From NCBI GenBank assembly GCA_903831805.1, contig CAIKZD010000016.1, forward strand, positions 1-59,129: a stretch of 59,129 nt of DNA. The letters run 5' to 3'. Below the pieces are notes generated by a model that saw only the letters and a program-made list of their open reading frames with translations, was not told where the DNA came from and searched no databases. The first letter of the stretch is position 1, and each line of letters begins with the position of its first letter. A program made the position numbers and the translations under genes. This document shows positions 35,549 to 45,160 of the stretch, in pieces. Source of the DNA: an uncultured bacterium. Lineage in GTDB: Bacteria; Patescibacteriota; Minisyncoccia; Moranbacterales; UBA2206.

Positions 35549-37063
35549 ATGGAAACAGAGGAAATCCCAAAATATATAATAGAAGTCATACAAAAACTGG
35601 AGGCAGCGGGCCAGGAGGCTTTTTTGGTGGGCGGCTGCGTGCGGGATATGCTACTCGGGAAAGTGCCCAAAGATTGGGATGTGGCGACGACGGCACACCC
35701 GGAAGAGGTTACGAAAATTTTTCCGGACGCCAAATATGAGAACGGCTTTGGGACGGTGATGCTACCAATCAAATATCTCCTGGGAGAAACAGCGGAGAAA
35801 AGCGAAGATAATCTGGGCGTGGTGGAAGTGACGACCTACCGTATCGAATCGAAATATAGCGATAAGCGGCATCCGGACAGTGTGAAGTTTGCTGAGACGC
35901 TGGAGGAAGATTTGAGCCGGCGGGATTTTACGGTGAATGCCATGGCAGCCCAACCCCTCCCCAGCCCTCCCCTGAATACAGGAGAGGGGGCTGAGTACGA
36001 GTTGATTGATTTGTTTGGCGGACAAAATGATTTGGAGAATAAAATTATTCGGGCAGTGGGGGAGGCGAGTGAAAGATTTGATGAGGATGCATTGCGTATG
36101 ATGCGGGCGATCCGTTTTGCGGTGCAACTTAATTTTACGATCGAGGAAAATACTTTTGCAGCTATCAAAAAGAATGCTGGTAATTTAAAATTTATTTCGC
36201 AGGAAAGGATCCATGATGAATTTGAGAAAATAATTTTATCGCCGTTGCCGGCGGCTGGGATGGAGATGCTGCATGAGGCTGGTTTATTGCAATATATAAT
36301 TCCGGAAATTGAAATCGGTTATGACGTGACCCAAAGTCATCATCACTATTATGGGCCGTATAATACAGTCTATAAGCATCTATTGGCCAGTCTTGAAAAA
36401 TGTCCGTCCGAGAAATTGGAAGTCAGATTGGCAGCGCTTCTGCATGACGTGGGAAAACCAAATGTAAAACGGGGACAAGGAGAAAATGCGACTTTCTATA
36501 ATCATGAATATGTGGGAGCCAGATTGGCCGAACAGATTTTAAAGAGACTGCGCTTCTCGACCAAAGTGATTGAAAAAGTAGTACTGCTTGTCAAAAATCA
36601 CATGTTCTATTATAACGTCGATGAAGTGGGCGAGGCGGGCGTGCGTCGCGTGGTGCGGAAAGTCGGCTTGGAAAACATCAATGATTTGATCGATGTGCGC
36701 ATTGCCGATCGTTTGGGGAGCGGCGTGCCGAAAGCGGTGCCATACAAGCTGCGCCATTTCAAATTCATGGTGGAGAAAGTTTCGCACGACGCGGTGTCGG
36801 TGAAACAACTGAAAGTCAATGGCCATGATCTGATGAGCGAACTGAAAATGACACCCGGGCCGAAAATCGGGACAATTCTGGATGTGCTTTTGGCGGAAGT
36901 GATTGAGGACGCAACGCTGAATGATAAAAATAAATTACTTATGCGCGCCAAGGAATTGGACAAAGAAGATGTGGCGGCTCTGCGGAGAACAGCGAAGGAT
37001 AAAATTAAAGAAGAACAAAAAGAAGAAGAAAAATTGATAAAAAATAAATATCATGTGGGATAA
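35549..37063 (+). CDS. cca: CCA-adding enzyme / poly(A) polymerase-family nucleotidyltransferase with HD domain
   Basis: 504 aa with the head motif LVGGCVRDMLLGKVPKDWDVATT, RDFTVNAMA, and an HD region LLHDVGKP. Confidence 0.85.
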   Translation: METEEIPKYIIEVIQKLEAAGQEAFLVGGCVRDMLLGKVPKDWDVATTAHPEEVTKIFPDAKYENGFGTVMLPIKYLLGETAEKSEDNLGVVEVTTYRIESKYSDKRHPDSVKFAETLEEDLSRRDFTVNAMAAQPLPSPPLNTGEGAEYELIDLFGGQNDLENKIIRAVGEASERFDEDALRMMRAIRFAVQLNFTIEENTFAAIKKNAGNLKFISQERIHDEFEKIILSPLPAAGMEMLHEAGLLQYIIPEIEIGYDVTQSHHHYYGPYNTVYKHLLASLEKCPSEKLEVRLAALLHDVGKPNVKRGQGENATFYNHEYVGARLAEQILKRLRFSTKVIEKVVLLVKNHMFYYNVDEVGEAGVRRVVRKVGLENINDLIDVRIADRLGSGVPKAVPYKLRHFKFMVEKVSHDAVSVKQLKVNGHDLMSELKMTPGPKIGTILDVLLAEVIEDATLNDKNKLLMRAKELDKEDVAALRRTAKDKIKEEQKEEEKLIKNKYHVG

Positions 37064-37096
37064 AACTGCCTCAAATAAGGGCAGTTTTATTTTTCT
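37063..37096 (+). terminator. Rho-independent terminator after cca
   Basis: Stem AAACTGCC (37063-37070) / GGCAGTTT (37080-37087) followed by TTATTTTT. Confidence 0.55.
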
Positions 37097-37149
37097 CTTG
37101 GATGCCTTATAATGGTAAGTGAGCATACATTTTCAAAGTAGTAATTTTT

Positions 37150-37782
37150 ATGGCTTCACAAATATCGCATATTATTTACGCGAAAAAATATTTCGATCAG
37201 TTGGAGGCTGGGCAGGTTGAAAGTGCGATTAGAATAGACAAGGAAGAATTTTTGCTGGGCTGTGTGTTCCCGGATATCCGGCGGATCGATCCAAAAATAA
37301 AAAGACGGGATACTCACCTATGTTTTTCCCCGCTGGATCTGAATTTTTCCGGGCTGTCATCTTTCCAAGCCGGCTGGAAATTCCATCTATATTGCGATAT
37401 GCGGCGGGAAGAAATTTTGAATAAATATAAATTTTACGAATTGCCTCACACCACGGATGTGTATAATCAGCCGGCGAAAGATTTGGAAGATGAATTGGTG
37501 TATGGCGAATATAATAATTGGGAAAAATTAGTCAATTATTTCAATAATCCTCCCGCGGTGGAAACCGGATTGGATTTTGATCCAGCTAGTTTTTTTCTGT
37601 GGTATGCCATGATTGCCAGATATATTGAAAAGAAACCGGATGACAAAAGTATGCGATCTTTTCTGGTGAAACAACCGGGGTTGCTGAAAGATTTAGATGG
37701 CATCATGGAGAGTGTCAGAGAATTGCGCAAGAATGAAAAAGCCAAGGGGATTTTAGGGAAGGTGTGGCAGGAGGTGGTGTGA
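37150..37782 (+). CDS. Hypothetical protein
   Basis: 210-aa ORF with ordinary composition. No motif I can assign with confidence. Confidence 0.55.
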   Translation: MASQISHIIYAKKYFDQLEAGQVESAIRIDKEEFLLGCVFPDIRRIDPKIKRRDTHLCFSPLDLNFSGLSSFQAGWKFHLYCDMRREEILNKYKFYELPHTTDVYNQPAKDLEDELVYGEYNNWEKLVNYFNNPPAVETGLDFDPASFFLWYAMIARYIEKKPDDKSMRSFLVKQPGLLKDLDGIMESVRELRKNEKAKGILGKVWQEVV

Positions 37783-37789
37783 ACGCGTG

Positions 37790-37929
37790 TTTTATAGTAA
37801 TATCGTTTTTTATTTAACTCGAACGTGCATTTTTTTGCTAAAATTTTCCTAAGTCGACGGCTGGTACGGAAAATTTTAGAAAAAATCCGCATTCTCAGAC
37901 AGGAAATAAAAAACAATATTACTATAAAA
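37790..37929. repeat. 140-nt double-stem structured element, copy A (upstream of fhs)
   Basis: Outer 22-nt arms at 37790-37811 / 37908-37929 are 21/22 complementary. The inner 12-bp stem is CTAAAATTTTCC (37838-37849) / GGAAAATTTTAG (37868-37879). Conserved unpaired blocks are TTAACTCGAACG, CGACGGCTG and TTCTCAGACAGGAA. Confidence 0.8.
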
Positions 37930-37979
37930 TACTTAGAGAGATAGAAAAGAGGAATGGAATATAATCTAATAATAATTTT

Positions 37980-39650
37980 ATGAAAAGCGATATTGAAATT
38001 GCACAGGCGGCGGAGATGAAAAATATTAAAGAGATTGCTAGTATTTCCGGAATAGATGAAAAAGAGTTGGAACTCTATGGAGATTATAAAGCCAAATTAA
38101 AGCCGGAGCTGTGGGAGCGGATTAAAAAGAACAAAGATGGGAAATTGATTTTGGTCACGGCCATTAATCCGACGCCGGCCGGCGAGGGTAAAACCACTAC
38201 GTCCATTGGTCTCGCAATGGCGATGCGGCGTTTGGGAAAAAAGGCTATGTTGGCAATTCGTGAACCGTCACTGGGGCCGTGTATGGGCATGAAAGGCGGC
38301 GCGGCGGGTGGCGGGTATGCGCAAGTGATGCCGATGGAGGATATCAATTTACATTTCACGGGCGACCTGCACGCCATCACCACAGCGAATAATTTGCTGG
38401 CAGCTATGATTGATAATCATATTTTTCATGGTAATACTCTCGGAATTGACCCGCAAAGGATTCTCTGGAAGCGCGCGCTGGACCTGAATGATCGAGCGCT
38501 CCGAGAAGTGGTGGTGGGCCTGGGCGGAAAAACGCAAGGGGTGCCGCGAGAAGATGGGTTTAATATTACCGTGGCTTCGGAGATTATGGCCATCCTATGT
38601 CTGGCGGAGAACATGACCGATATCAAAAGAAAGTTAGAAAAAATAATTGTGGCTTATAATTATACTAACCAACCGGTTTTCGCACGCGAACTGAAAGTGG
38701 TGGGGGCGTTGGCGACACTTTTGAAAGATGCAATCAAACCGAATTTGGTCCAGACGCTGGAACATACGCCTGTGCTCATTCATGGCGGGCCGTTTGCCAA
38801 TATTGCCCATGGGTGCAATAGTGTTCTCGCCACGCGCTATGGTCTGAAATTAGGCGATTATCTTATTACGGAAGCGGGGTTCGGGGCGGATCTGGGGGCG
38901 GAAAAATTTTTCAATATCAAATGTCGCGTGGCTAAACTGAAGCCGGCCGCGGTAGTGCTGGTCGCCACCGTACGAGCCTTGAAATATAATGGCGGAATGG
39001 ACAAAGAAGCCCTGCCTTTGCCGAGTACGGTTTTTTTGAAACGAGGCCTGCCGAATTTGGAAAAACATATTGAAAATTTGAAACGTTTTGGAGTGCCGGT
39101 GGTAGTGGCTATCAATGTTTTCCCGACTGATACGCACGCAGAATTGAAAATGCTGGAAGATGCCGTGAAAAATTTAGGTGCGGCCTATGCGGTGTCAAGA
39201 GTGTGGGAAAAAGGCGGGGCGGGCGGGGAAGAATTGGCTCGGGCAGTGTTGGAAACATTGGAAAAAAAGCGAACTAATTTTAAATTTACTTACAGCGAAA
39301 CGCAGCATATCAAAAATAAGATCGAAGCTATCGCGCAGCATATTTATGGGGCGGATAAAGTTTCGTTCAGTGTCAAAGCGCAAAAGCAAATGGAAAAATT
39401 GCGACAAGATAAGTTGGACAAGCTGCCGATCTGCATCGCCAAAACCCAATATTCCTTGTCGGATAATCCCAAATTGCTCGGTCGGCCGAAAGGTTTTACA
39501 CTGGCAATTTCAGAACTCCACATTTCCAATGGCGCGGGATTTATTGTGGCGATGGCCGGGGACATCATGACGATGCCGGGATTGCCGCGCGTTCCGGCGG
39601 CGGAAAAGATTGATGTGAACGAGGAGGGAAAAATTTCCGGCTTGTTTTGA
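37980..39650 (+). CDS. fhs: Formate--tetrahydrofolate ligase
   Basis: 556 aa with the P-loop [13 protein letters not shown] and end-to-end FTHFS-type sequence. Confidence 0.95.
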   Translation: MKSDIEIAQAAEMKNIKEIASISGIDEKELELYGDYKAKLKPELWERIKKNKDGKLILVTAINPTPAGEGKTTTSIGLAMAMRRLGKKAMLAIREPSLGPCMGMKGGAAGGGYAQVMPMEDINLHFTGDLHAITTANNLLAAMIDNHIFHGNTLGIDPQRILWKRALDLNDRALREVVVGLGGKTQGVPREDGFNITVASEIMAILCLAENMTDIKRKLEKIIVAYNYTNQPVFARELKVVGALATLLKDAIKPNLVQTLEHTPVLIHGGPFANIAHGCNSVLATRYGLKLGDYLITEAGFGADLGAEKFFNIKCRVAKLKPAAVVLVATVRALKYNGGMDKEALPLPSTVFLKRGLPNLEKHIENLKRFGVPVVVAINVFPTDTHAELKMLEDAVKNLGAAYAVSRVWEKGGAGGEELARAVLETLEKKRTNFKFTYSETQHIKNKIEAIAQHIYGADKVSFSVKAQKQMEKLRQDKLDKLPICIAKTQYSLSDNPKLLGRPKGFTLAISELHISNGAGFIVAMAGDIMTMPGLPRVPAAEKIDVNEEGKISGLF

Positions 39651-39654
39651 GTTA

Positions 39655-39800
39655 TATTGCCAGTGATTATTTTGAACAAATTAACTCGAAAGCTTATTTT
39701 CTAACCAAAATTATTTTGACGACCGACGGCTGAACAAAATAATTTTGGAGAAAATAAACTTTCTCAGACAGGAATTTTTTCAAAATAATCACTGGCAATA
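39655..39800. repeat. 146-nt double-stem structured element, copy B (between fhs and folD)
   Basis: Outer perfect 22-bp stem at 39655-39676 / 39779-39800. The inner perfect 13-bp stem is CCAAAATTATTTT (39705-39717) / AAAATAATTTTGG (39736-39748). It has the same conserved unpaired blocks as copy A. Confidence 0.8.
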
Positions 39801-39816
39801 AATTAATAATAAGTAT

Positions 39817-40662
39817 ATGGCAAAAATTTTGGATGGAAAAAAAATAGCAGAGGAAATTAAAGACGAACTGCGGCTGGAGATTTTGGCGTTGCAAAAAAAA
39901 GACGTTGTGCCCGGATTAGCGGTAGTTTTAGTGGGAGATGATGCGGCATCGAAAGTGTATGTGGGCGGCAAGGAAAAAGTTTGTCAGGAGCTAGGAATTT
40001 TTTCCGTGGTGCATAAATTGCCAGCGAACGTGAGCGAAAGCAATATTCTAAACTTAATTGAAGAGCTAAATGCGGATAAAAAAATTCATGGAATTTTAGT
40101 CCAGTTGCCGCTACCGGGAAATATCAATCCGCAAAAAATCATCGGCGCCATTTCTCCTAAAAAAGACGTAGATTGTTTCCATCCGGAAAATGTCGGGAAG
40201 ATGTTTTTGGGAGAGGTGATTTTTCTGCCGTGCACCCCGGATGGCATCATAGAAATTTTGCAAAGATATGGCATTGAAATTTCCGGCCAGAATGTGACTA
40301 TTGTCGGGCGAAGCAATATTGTGGGGAAACCTCTGTCCATGCTGCTACTCCAAAAAAACGCGACGGTCACAATAGCGCATTCAAAAACCAAAAATTTGTC
40401 AGCCGAAACATTGCGGGCGGATATTTTGGTTTCGGCGACGGGACGCGCTGGACTAATCACGGCGGATATGGTAAAACAAGGAGCAGTTGTCATTGACGTG
40501 GGAATGAATCGTGATGAGGCTGGAAAGTTGGTGGGCGACGTGGATTTTGCAGGAGTTTCTGCGGTGGCCGGGGCGATTACACCGGTGCCTGGTGGAGTGG
40601 GGCCGATGACCATTGCCATGCTTATGAAAAATACAGTGGCAGCCGCTAAAAATGCCGAATAA
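39817..40662 (+). CDS. folD: Bifunctional methylene-THF dehydrogenase / methenyl-THF cyclohydrolase
   Basis: 281 aa with GILVQLPLP, GRSNIVGKP and PVPGGVGPMT motifs. Confidence 0.95.
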   Translation: MAKILDGKKIAEEIKDELRLEILALQKKDVVPGLAVVLVGDDAASKVYVGGKEKVCQELGIFSVVHKLPANVSESNILNLIEELNADKKIHGILVQLPLPGNINPQKIIGAISPKKDVDCFHPENVGKMFLGEVIFLPCTPDGIIEILQRYGIEISGQNVTIVGRSNIVGKPLSMLLLQKNATVTIAHSKTKNLSAETLRADILVSATGRAGLITADMVKQGAVVIDVGMNRDEAGKLVGDVDFAGVSAVAGAITPVPGGVGPMTIAMLMKNTVAAAKNAE

Positions 40663-40666
40663 AATT

Positions 40667-40960
40667 ATGCAACTCGAGATAAAAAACATGAAAGAAAATC
40701 CGGTCAACGCTCTGCGGCGGTTGGGCTATTCTTTTCAAAGGCAGGAAGGCGCCGAAATGAGTTTTGTGCGGCCTTTCGGCGCGTCGGGCTATCCTAGATT
40801 TCACATGTATGTTAAAATGACAGGCGCGACCATGGCGATTAATATTCATCTGGACGCCAAGAAAGAAACTTATGGAGACGACACTCGTCATCATGGCGAA
40901 TATGAAAATAGTGGAGCGCTAGCAGAGGAAGTGCGTAGACTAAAAATAATTTTAGAATAG
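40667..40960 (+). CDS. Small hypothetical protein
   Basis: ORF 40652..40960. The ATG at 40667 avoids overlap with the folD stop. No family recognised. Confidence 0.5.
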   Translation: MQLEIKNMKENPVNALRRLGYSFQRQEGAEMSFVRPFGASGYPRFHMYVKMTGATMAINIHLDAKKETYGDDTRHHGEYENSGALAEEVRRLKIILE

Positions 40961-40974
40961 GATAAAAATGTTTT

Positions 40975-41058
<84 letters not shown>

Positions 41059-41083
41059 AGGATGAACGATAAAAATTAAATAT

Positions 41084-41170
41084 GCCTTGGTGGCGGAATT
41101 GGTATACGCGCATGCTTCAGGAGCATGTTCTCGCAAGGGATTGGGAGTTCGAGTCTCCCCCAAGGCACCA
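41084..41170 (+). tRNA. tRNA-Leu (anticodon CAG), CCA encoded
   Basis: Acceptor GCCTTGG/CCAAGGC, anticodon arm CATGC-TTCAGGA-GCATG, long variable arm, T-loop TTCGAGT, 3' ACCA at 41167-41170. Confidence 0.92.
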
Positions 41171-42123
41171 TGAAAGAAACAGTCATCTTCAAAAAAAATG
41201 CGAAACAACGAATTGATAAATTCCTGAAAGAGGAAATTTTTTTGAATATGGAGATGACGCGCGGGGAAATTATTCGGCAGATAAAAAACGGTAGTGTTTT
41301 GGTGAACAAGATGCCAGTAAAACCGAGCTATTTGCTGAAAAAAAACGATGAGGTTGAAATGGACATTACGGAAGGTGCTGTGGTACTTTCACCGAACAAA
41401 AATGTTAAATTTGGAATAATTTTTCAAGATGAAAATATGATTGTGGTGGATAAACCGGCCGGCCTGCAAGTCCATCCCAGCACGAAAAATGAAAGCAACA
41501 CTTTAGTGCATGGTTTGCTCTATAAATTTCCGGAAATCGGCAATGTTGGAGATGCTCCAGAGACGCGCCCCGGCATTGTGCATCGCTTGGACCGCGGGAC
41601 GAGTGGGGTGTTGATCGTAGCGAGAAATCAAAAAACATTTCTGTCGCTCAAACAAAAGTTTAAGAATAGGGAAATGAAAAAAAAGTATTGGGCGGTGACG
41701 TACGGCGCACCGGAAAAGAGCGGAATCATTGATGCGCCGCTGGCCCGGGCAGCCAATTATAAAAAACAAATCGTAGCTTCGGGTAAAACCAAGACCAAAA
41801 TTCGCGCCGCGGTGACAGAATTTATCACTTTAGAGAAATCTGAAAAATATGCTCTCTTGGAAGTTTCTCCTCGGACCGGCCGGACGCATCAGATCCGGGT
41901 GCACCTCACTTCCATCGGTCATCCGATTGTGGGAGATGAAAAATACGCACAAAAGAAATTTTCGAATGAAGAAACTGCGCCTAGACTTTTCTTGCACGCC
42001 TTAACTTTGGAGTTTGAACATGATGGCCAAAAATATAAATTCGCTTCTCCAGCGCCCGCTGATTTTCAGGATTTTTTGGAAAAAAATGGACTTTGGCCCA
42101 AGGGGTTGACGAAAAGGGGATAA
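41170..42123 (+). CDS. rluD: RluA-family 23S rRNA pseudouridine synthase (RluD-like, with S4 domain)
   Basis: ORF 41125..42123 trimmed to the ATG at 41170 (MKETVIF), because the upstream part lies inside tRNA-Leu. It has the catalytic motif HRLDRGTSG and THQIRVH. Confidence 0.88.
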   Translation: MKETVIFKKNAKQRIDKFLKEEIFLNMEMTRGEIIRQIKNGSVLVNKMPVKPSYLLKKNDEVEMDITEGAVVLSPNKNVKFGIIFQDENMIVVDKPAGLQVHPSTKNESNTLVHGLLYKFPEIGNVGDAPETRPGIVHRLDRGTSGVLIVARNQKTFLSLKQKFKNREMKKKYWAVTYGAPEKSGIIDAPLARAANYKKQIVASGKTKTKIRAAVTEFITLEKSEKYALLEVSPRTGRTHQIRVHLTSIGHPIVGDEKYAQKKFSNEETAPRLFLHALTLEFEHDGQKYKFASPAPADFQDFLEKNGLWPKGLTKRG

Positions 42124-42228
42124 AAGGATAGTATAGAAAAGCTAAAAACCGAGTTGAGACTCATAAAAAATGCTCAAAGTCAGTCTTCGAGACTTTTTTA
42201 TTTAGATAATTATTGTTATAATAAAACT

Positions 42229-42738
42229 ATGAAACAGGAGATCATTGAATTCAATAAAGTGCTTAGAGGAGAAAACCCAGCTAACTTCCACGCGGGTGAT
42301 ATTGTGAAGGTCCACTTGAAAATTAAAGAAGGCGCCAAAGAAAGAGTGCAGATTTTTGAGGGCTTGGTGATTGCCGTCAAGGGCCGCCAAAGCTCTTCCA
42401 TGACCATTACTGTGCGCAAAGTTACCCACAGTGTAGGCGTGGAAATGATTGTGCCGATTTTGTCGAAAAACGTGCAAAAAATCGAGCTTATCAAGAAAGC
42501 CAAAGTGAGAAGATCCAAACTATACTACATCAGAAGTCTTACTCCGAAACAGAGTCGCATGAAATATAAGGATATAAAAGACTTTGCCAAAGTGGAAAAA
42601 CCGGAAGCCGTGGTGGATGAAAAATTAAGTGAAGAAGAAATCAAAGCTGCGGAGAAGGAAATGGGCCAGGAGGAAGTGAAGGAAATAGCGGCTGCTCCAA
42701 AAACTGAAAAAACTGAAAAACCCCAAGAGACGGTGTAG
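42229..42738 (+). CDS. rplS: 50S ribosomal protein L19 with ~55-aa acidic/Lys-rich C-terminal extension
   Basis: ORF 42154..42738 trimmed to the ATG at 42229 (MKQEIIEFNK). The L19 core is FHAGDIVKVHLKIKEGAKERVQIFEGLVIA...RKV..GVGVE. The tail is EKPEAVVDEKLSEEEIKAAEKEMGQEE... Confidence 0.9.
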   Translation: MKQEIIEFNKVLRGENPANFHAGDIVKVHLKIKEGAKERVQIFEGLVIAVKGRQSSSMTITVRKVTHSVGVEMIVPILSKNVQKIELIKKAKVRRSKLYYIRSLTPKQSRMKYKDIKDFAKVEKPEAVVDEKLSEEEIKAAEKEMGQEEVKEIAAAPKTEKTEKPQETV

Positions 42739-42753
42739 GTTAAATAGTCGGTG

Positions 42754-42836
42754 GCCTTCGTGGTGGAATTGGTATACACACATGCTTGAGGTGCATGGGT
42801 CGCAAGGCCATGCGGGTTCGAGTCCCGCCGAAGGCA
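42754..42836 (+). tRNA. tRNA-Leu (anticodon GAG)
   Basis: Acceptor GCCTTCG/CGAAGGC, anticodon arm CATGC-TTGAGGT-GCATG, long variable arm, T-arm GCGGG-TTCGAGT-CCCGC. Confidence 0.92.
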
Positions 42837-42845
42837 CCTAGAGGG

Positions 42846-42919
42846 GGATCCTTAGCTCAGTTGGCTAGAGCGCCTCGTTTACACCGAGGATGTCATAGGT
42901 TCGAGTCCTATAGGGTCCA
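42846..42919 (+). tRNA. tRNA-Val (anticodon TAC)
   Basis: Acceptor GGATCCT/AGGGTCC, D-arm GCTC-AGTTGGCTA-GAGC, anticodon arm CCTCG-TTTACAC-CGAGG, T-arm ATAGG-TTCGAGT-CCTAT. Confidence 0.92.
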
Positions 42920-42924
42920 CATCG

Positions 42925-42999
<75 letters not shown>

Positions 43000-43076
43000 A
43001 AAAAGTAGAAAATAGTTAGAGGTCTCCTTCGCGACTAGCGGGCTTCGCCCACCGAAAGTCGCTTTGGCGACTAAAA

Positions 43077-43148
43077 GCGGGTATCGTATAGTGGCTATTA
43101 CACTAGGTTGCCAATCTAGTGACACGGGTTCGATTCCCGTTACCCGCT
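43077..43148 (+). tRNA. tRNA-Gly (anticodon GCC)
   Basis: Acceptor GCGGGTA/TACCCGC, anticodon arm CTAGG-TTGCCAA-TCTAG, T-arm ACGGG-TTCGATT-CCCGT. Confidence 0.9.
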
Positions 43149-43161
43149 CAGAACAGCAGAG

Positions 43162-43190
43162 ACAGCCTCAAATTGGGCTGTTTTTGTTTT
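43162..43190 (+). terminator. Possible terminator after the tRNA cluster
   Basis: Short stem ACAGCC / GGCTGT followed by TTTTGTTTTG. Confidence 0.4.
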
Positions 43191-43306
43191 GTTTAAGGCA
43201 AAATCAGTCAGTTCTAATGCGGGATTTTATTTCGAGCTTAGAGTGCTGCTTATCAAAATATGCTATAATTTAAAAACCAGAAAAATAATAAAAAAAACCT
43301 ATTTGC

Positions 43307-43765
43307 ATGGGTATAAAATTCAAAAAAACCTTTGATCTTAAGAAACAGAATAAGCAAAAAATGTTTATTGTGCTAGTTTCTTTCCTACTTTCTTTTTTTG
43401 TCGTGCATTTCTATTCAACTCATTTCAGTCGGTACGTTTTTGTCAAAGGTTATCATATCCATCATTTCTATTTCGGGACTGTGGCTCTTTTTCTGGGTGG
43501 CATTTTGGGAGTTCTGAGTGTGGGTGAGCGAAAAAAGAAAATTGCGGCGGCACTGATCGGAATTGGCACGGGACTTTTCGCCGATGAGATTGGGATGCTT
43601 TTGAATTGCACGACGGTGGACCGGCAATGCGCCTACTTTTTCCCTGATACGCCGGACATAATCATGATCATTACCGTACTTATTGTTTTCCTAATTGCCA
43701 TGGCGGATTCTGATCCGGCCGCTTTTCGTGACCGGCTTCTCGCGAGAAAAACCAAGCCGGAATAA
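43307..43765 (+). CDS. Hypothetical membrane protein
   Basis: 152 aa with about four hydrophobic spans. No family recognised. Confidence 0.6.
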   Translation: MGIKFKKTFDLKKQNKQKMFIVLVSFLLSFFVVHFYSTHFSRYVFVKGYHIHHFYFGTVALFLGGILGVLSVGERKKKIAAALIGIGTGLFADEIGMLLNCTTVDRQCAYFFPDTPDIIMIITVLIVFLIAMADSDPAAFRDRLLARKTKPE

Positions 43766-43852
43766 TTTTGGGAAAATAGAATAACTCTCGGGAATTTTTA
43801 GGCGGTTGGATTGTGATAGATAGGCGGATATCAATTTAGACCGGATTATCTT

Positions 43853-45004
43853 ATGAAAAGAACAATTATTTTTTCTGTAGCGCTTTTTTCGATTGGCTTA
43901 ATGGCAGTTTCTTTTTTTGTTTATCGTGCCCACCAGAGACCGGTGGTCAAAGAAGTGGTGCCAGGTCCGGTGCGGGTGGATAATGAGAATGTTTTTTTTG
44001 CACCGCCCTATCATTACAACCCGCCGCCACTGTCGATGAAGACGATGAAAATCAAGGGTTGTGTGACGGATGGGCTTTTGAGCGGCTACGGCGATGATAC
44101 GGACGCTGAGGCGGCCATGATTAACCGTTCGGAGTGTGTTTATCTGCATCGAGCGTTGGAAACTTGGGCGGCTCCGCCGGATTTTGCTAAAGCCTTGGAT
44201 GTGATGCAAAAGATTACCAAACCAAACGTTATTTATGGCATGTTTTTGGCGGAAGATATCAAACGCGGGACGAAATATTTCTATCCGGACGAAAATCGGT
44301 ATTTTGATTTTTCGGAGATGTGTCGCAGTGGTTCGGATAATGCTTGGGGGGAACACACCTGTAAGCCGAATATTAATAGCAAGGAATATCGCGCGTATTT
44401 GAGTTTTGTCACTCATCGAGCCATGGACATTGGCATCCAGAGCTTTCTTTTCGGGCAGATATATTATCAAGATAACCCGGATCTTGGCCAATCTAAAATT
44501 CAAGAAGTCTTGGATGATATGCGTGCTTATGCCAAGAAGAAAGACATCCAGATTGCTATTGGGGCACAAACCGGGACAAATACTGATGAAAATTATCTGA
44601 GAAAATTTGATTATATTGAAGGCGGCGTGGGAATCGGAGACGCCGGCACGATTGAAAATGGCCCCTGCTGGAGCCAGCTGCAAAGCTGTTGGGCGCTGCT
44701 CTGGAACGATCAATATGCCTCGCGCGCCAATAATGTTATCGTAGCCCTGGATTGGAGCGGCCTGAAATTTGATGATATGAGTGCTTTCGCTCGGATGAAT
44801 CCTGCCAAACGGAAAGCCACTCTTAATCAGCTATATAATTATTTCACGGCTAAGCGCATCGGTTTTCTTATGCCAATGATGGCCACACTCAATGAAGACA
44901 ATGGCGGCTGTCGCGGGCCCAAGAAGCGTTTCTACAGCGCCAGTAACGCCTATACTTGCCAAGATGAGAGCGTGATAAACAGTCTTCTTAAGGCGGGGAA
45001 GTAG
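43853..45004 (+). CDS. Hypothetical membrane-anchored/secreted protein
   Basis: 383 aa with an N-terminal anchor (IIFSVALFSIGLMAVSFFVY) and globular-like composition. Preferred over the 271-aa antisense ORF 43898..44713. Confidence 0.65.
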   Translation: MKRTIIFSVALFSIGLMAVSFFVYRAHQRPVVKEVVPGPVRVDNENVFFAPPYHYNPPPLSMKTMKIKGCVTDGLLSGYGDDTDAEAAMINRSECVYLHRALETWAAPPDFAKALDVMQKITKPNVIYGMFLAEDIKRGTKYFYPDENRYFDFSEMCRSGSDNAWGEHTCKPNINSKEYRAYLSFVTHRAMDIGIQSFLFGQIYYQDNPDLGQSKIQEVLDDMRAYAKKKDIQIAIGAQTGTNTDENYLRKFDYIEGGVGIGDAGTIENGPCWSQLQSCWALLWNDQYASRANNVIVALDWSGLKFDDMSAFARMNPAKRKATLNQLYNYFTAKRIGFLMPMMATLNEDNGGCRGPKKRFYSASNAYTCQDESVINSLLKAGK

Positions 45005-45034
45005 GAAACAGATAAAATTACAAGGGAAGTAATC

Positions 45035-45062
45035 AAAGCCTAATTTTTGGGCTTTTTCTTTT
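45035..45062 (+). terminator. Possible terminator
   Basis: Stem AAAGCC / GGCTTT followed by TTCTTTT. Confidence 0.4.
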
Positions 45063-45131
45063 ACGCGAGTGAATAGAAAGGGGAAATATTGGAAAAAAAT
45101 GGCTTAAATAAGGTACATTATCCAAAACGGC

Positions 45132-45160
45132 TTGACTTTAAGATGATAATTTGCTATAAT
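45132..45160 (+). promoter_or_regulatory. Consensus-like sigma70 promoter embedded in an inverted repeat
   Basis: TTGACT (45132-45137), 17 nt, TATAAT (45155-45160). TTGACTTTAAG (45132-45142) and CTTAAGTCAA (45161-45170) form a near-perfect inverted repeat. Confidence 0.55.

Noticed and set aside
37783-39816. ZTP (pfl) or THF riboswitch upstream of fhs and folD.
   Set aside because: The genomic context is right for these classes. However, I could not find the conserved cores I recall for them, for example GGGTCGTGAC...CCGCCTGGGC for ZTP. Long perfect 22-bp helices are also atypical of riboswitches. An Rfam scan is needed to be sure.
43898-44713. A 271-aa ORF on the minus strand.
   Set aside because: It lies entirely antisense to the 383-aa plus-strand ORF 43853..45004. 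Its composition is Arg/Ile/Phe-rich and low-complexity, with no start context. The plus-strand ORF has an N-terminal anchor and globular composition.
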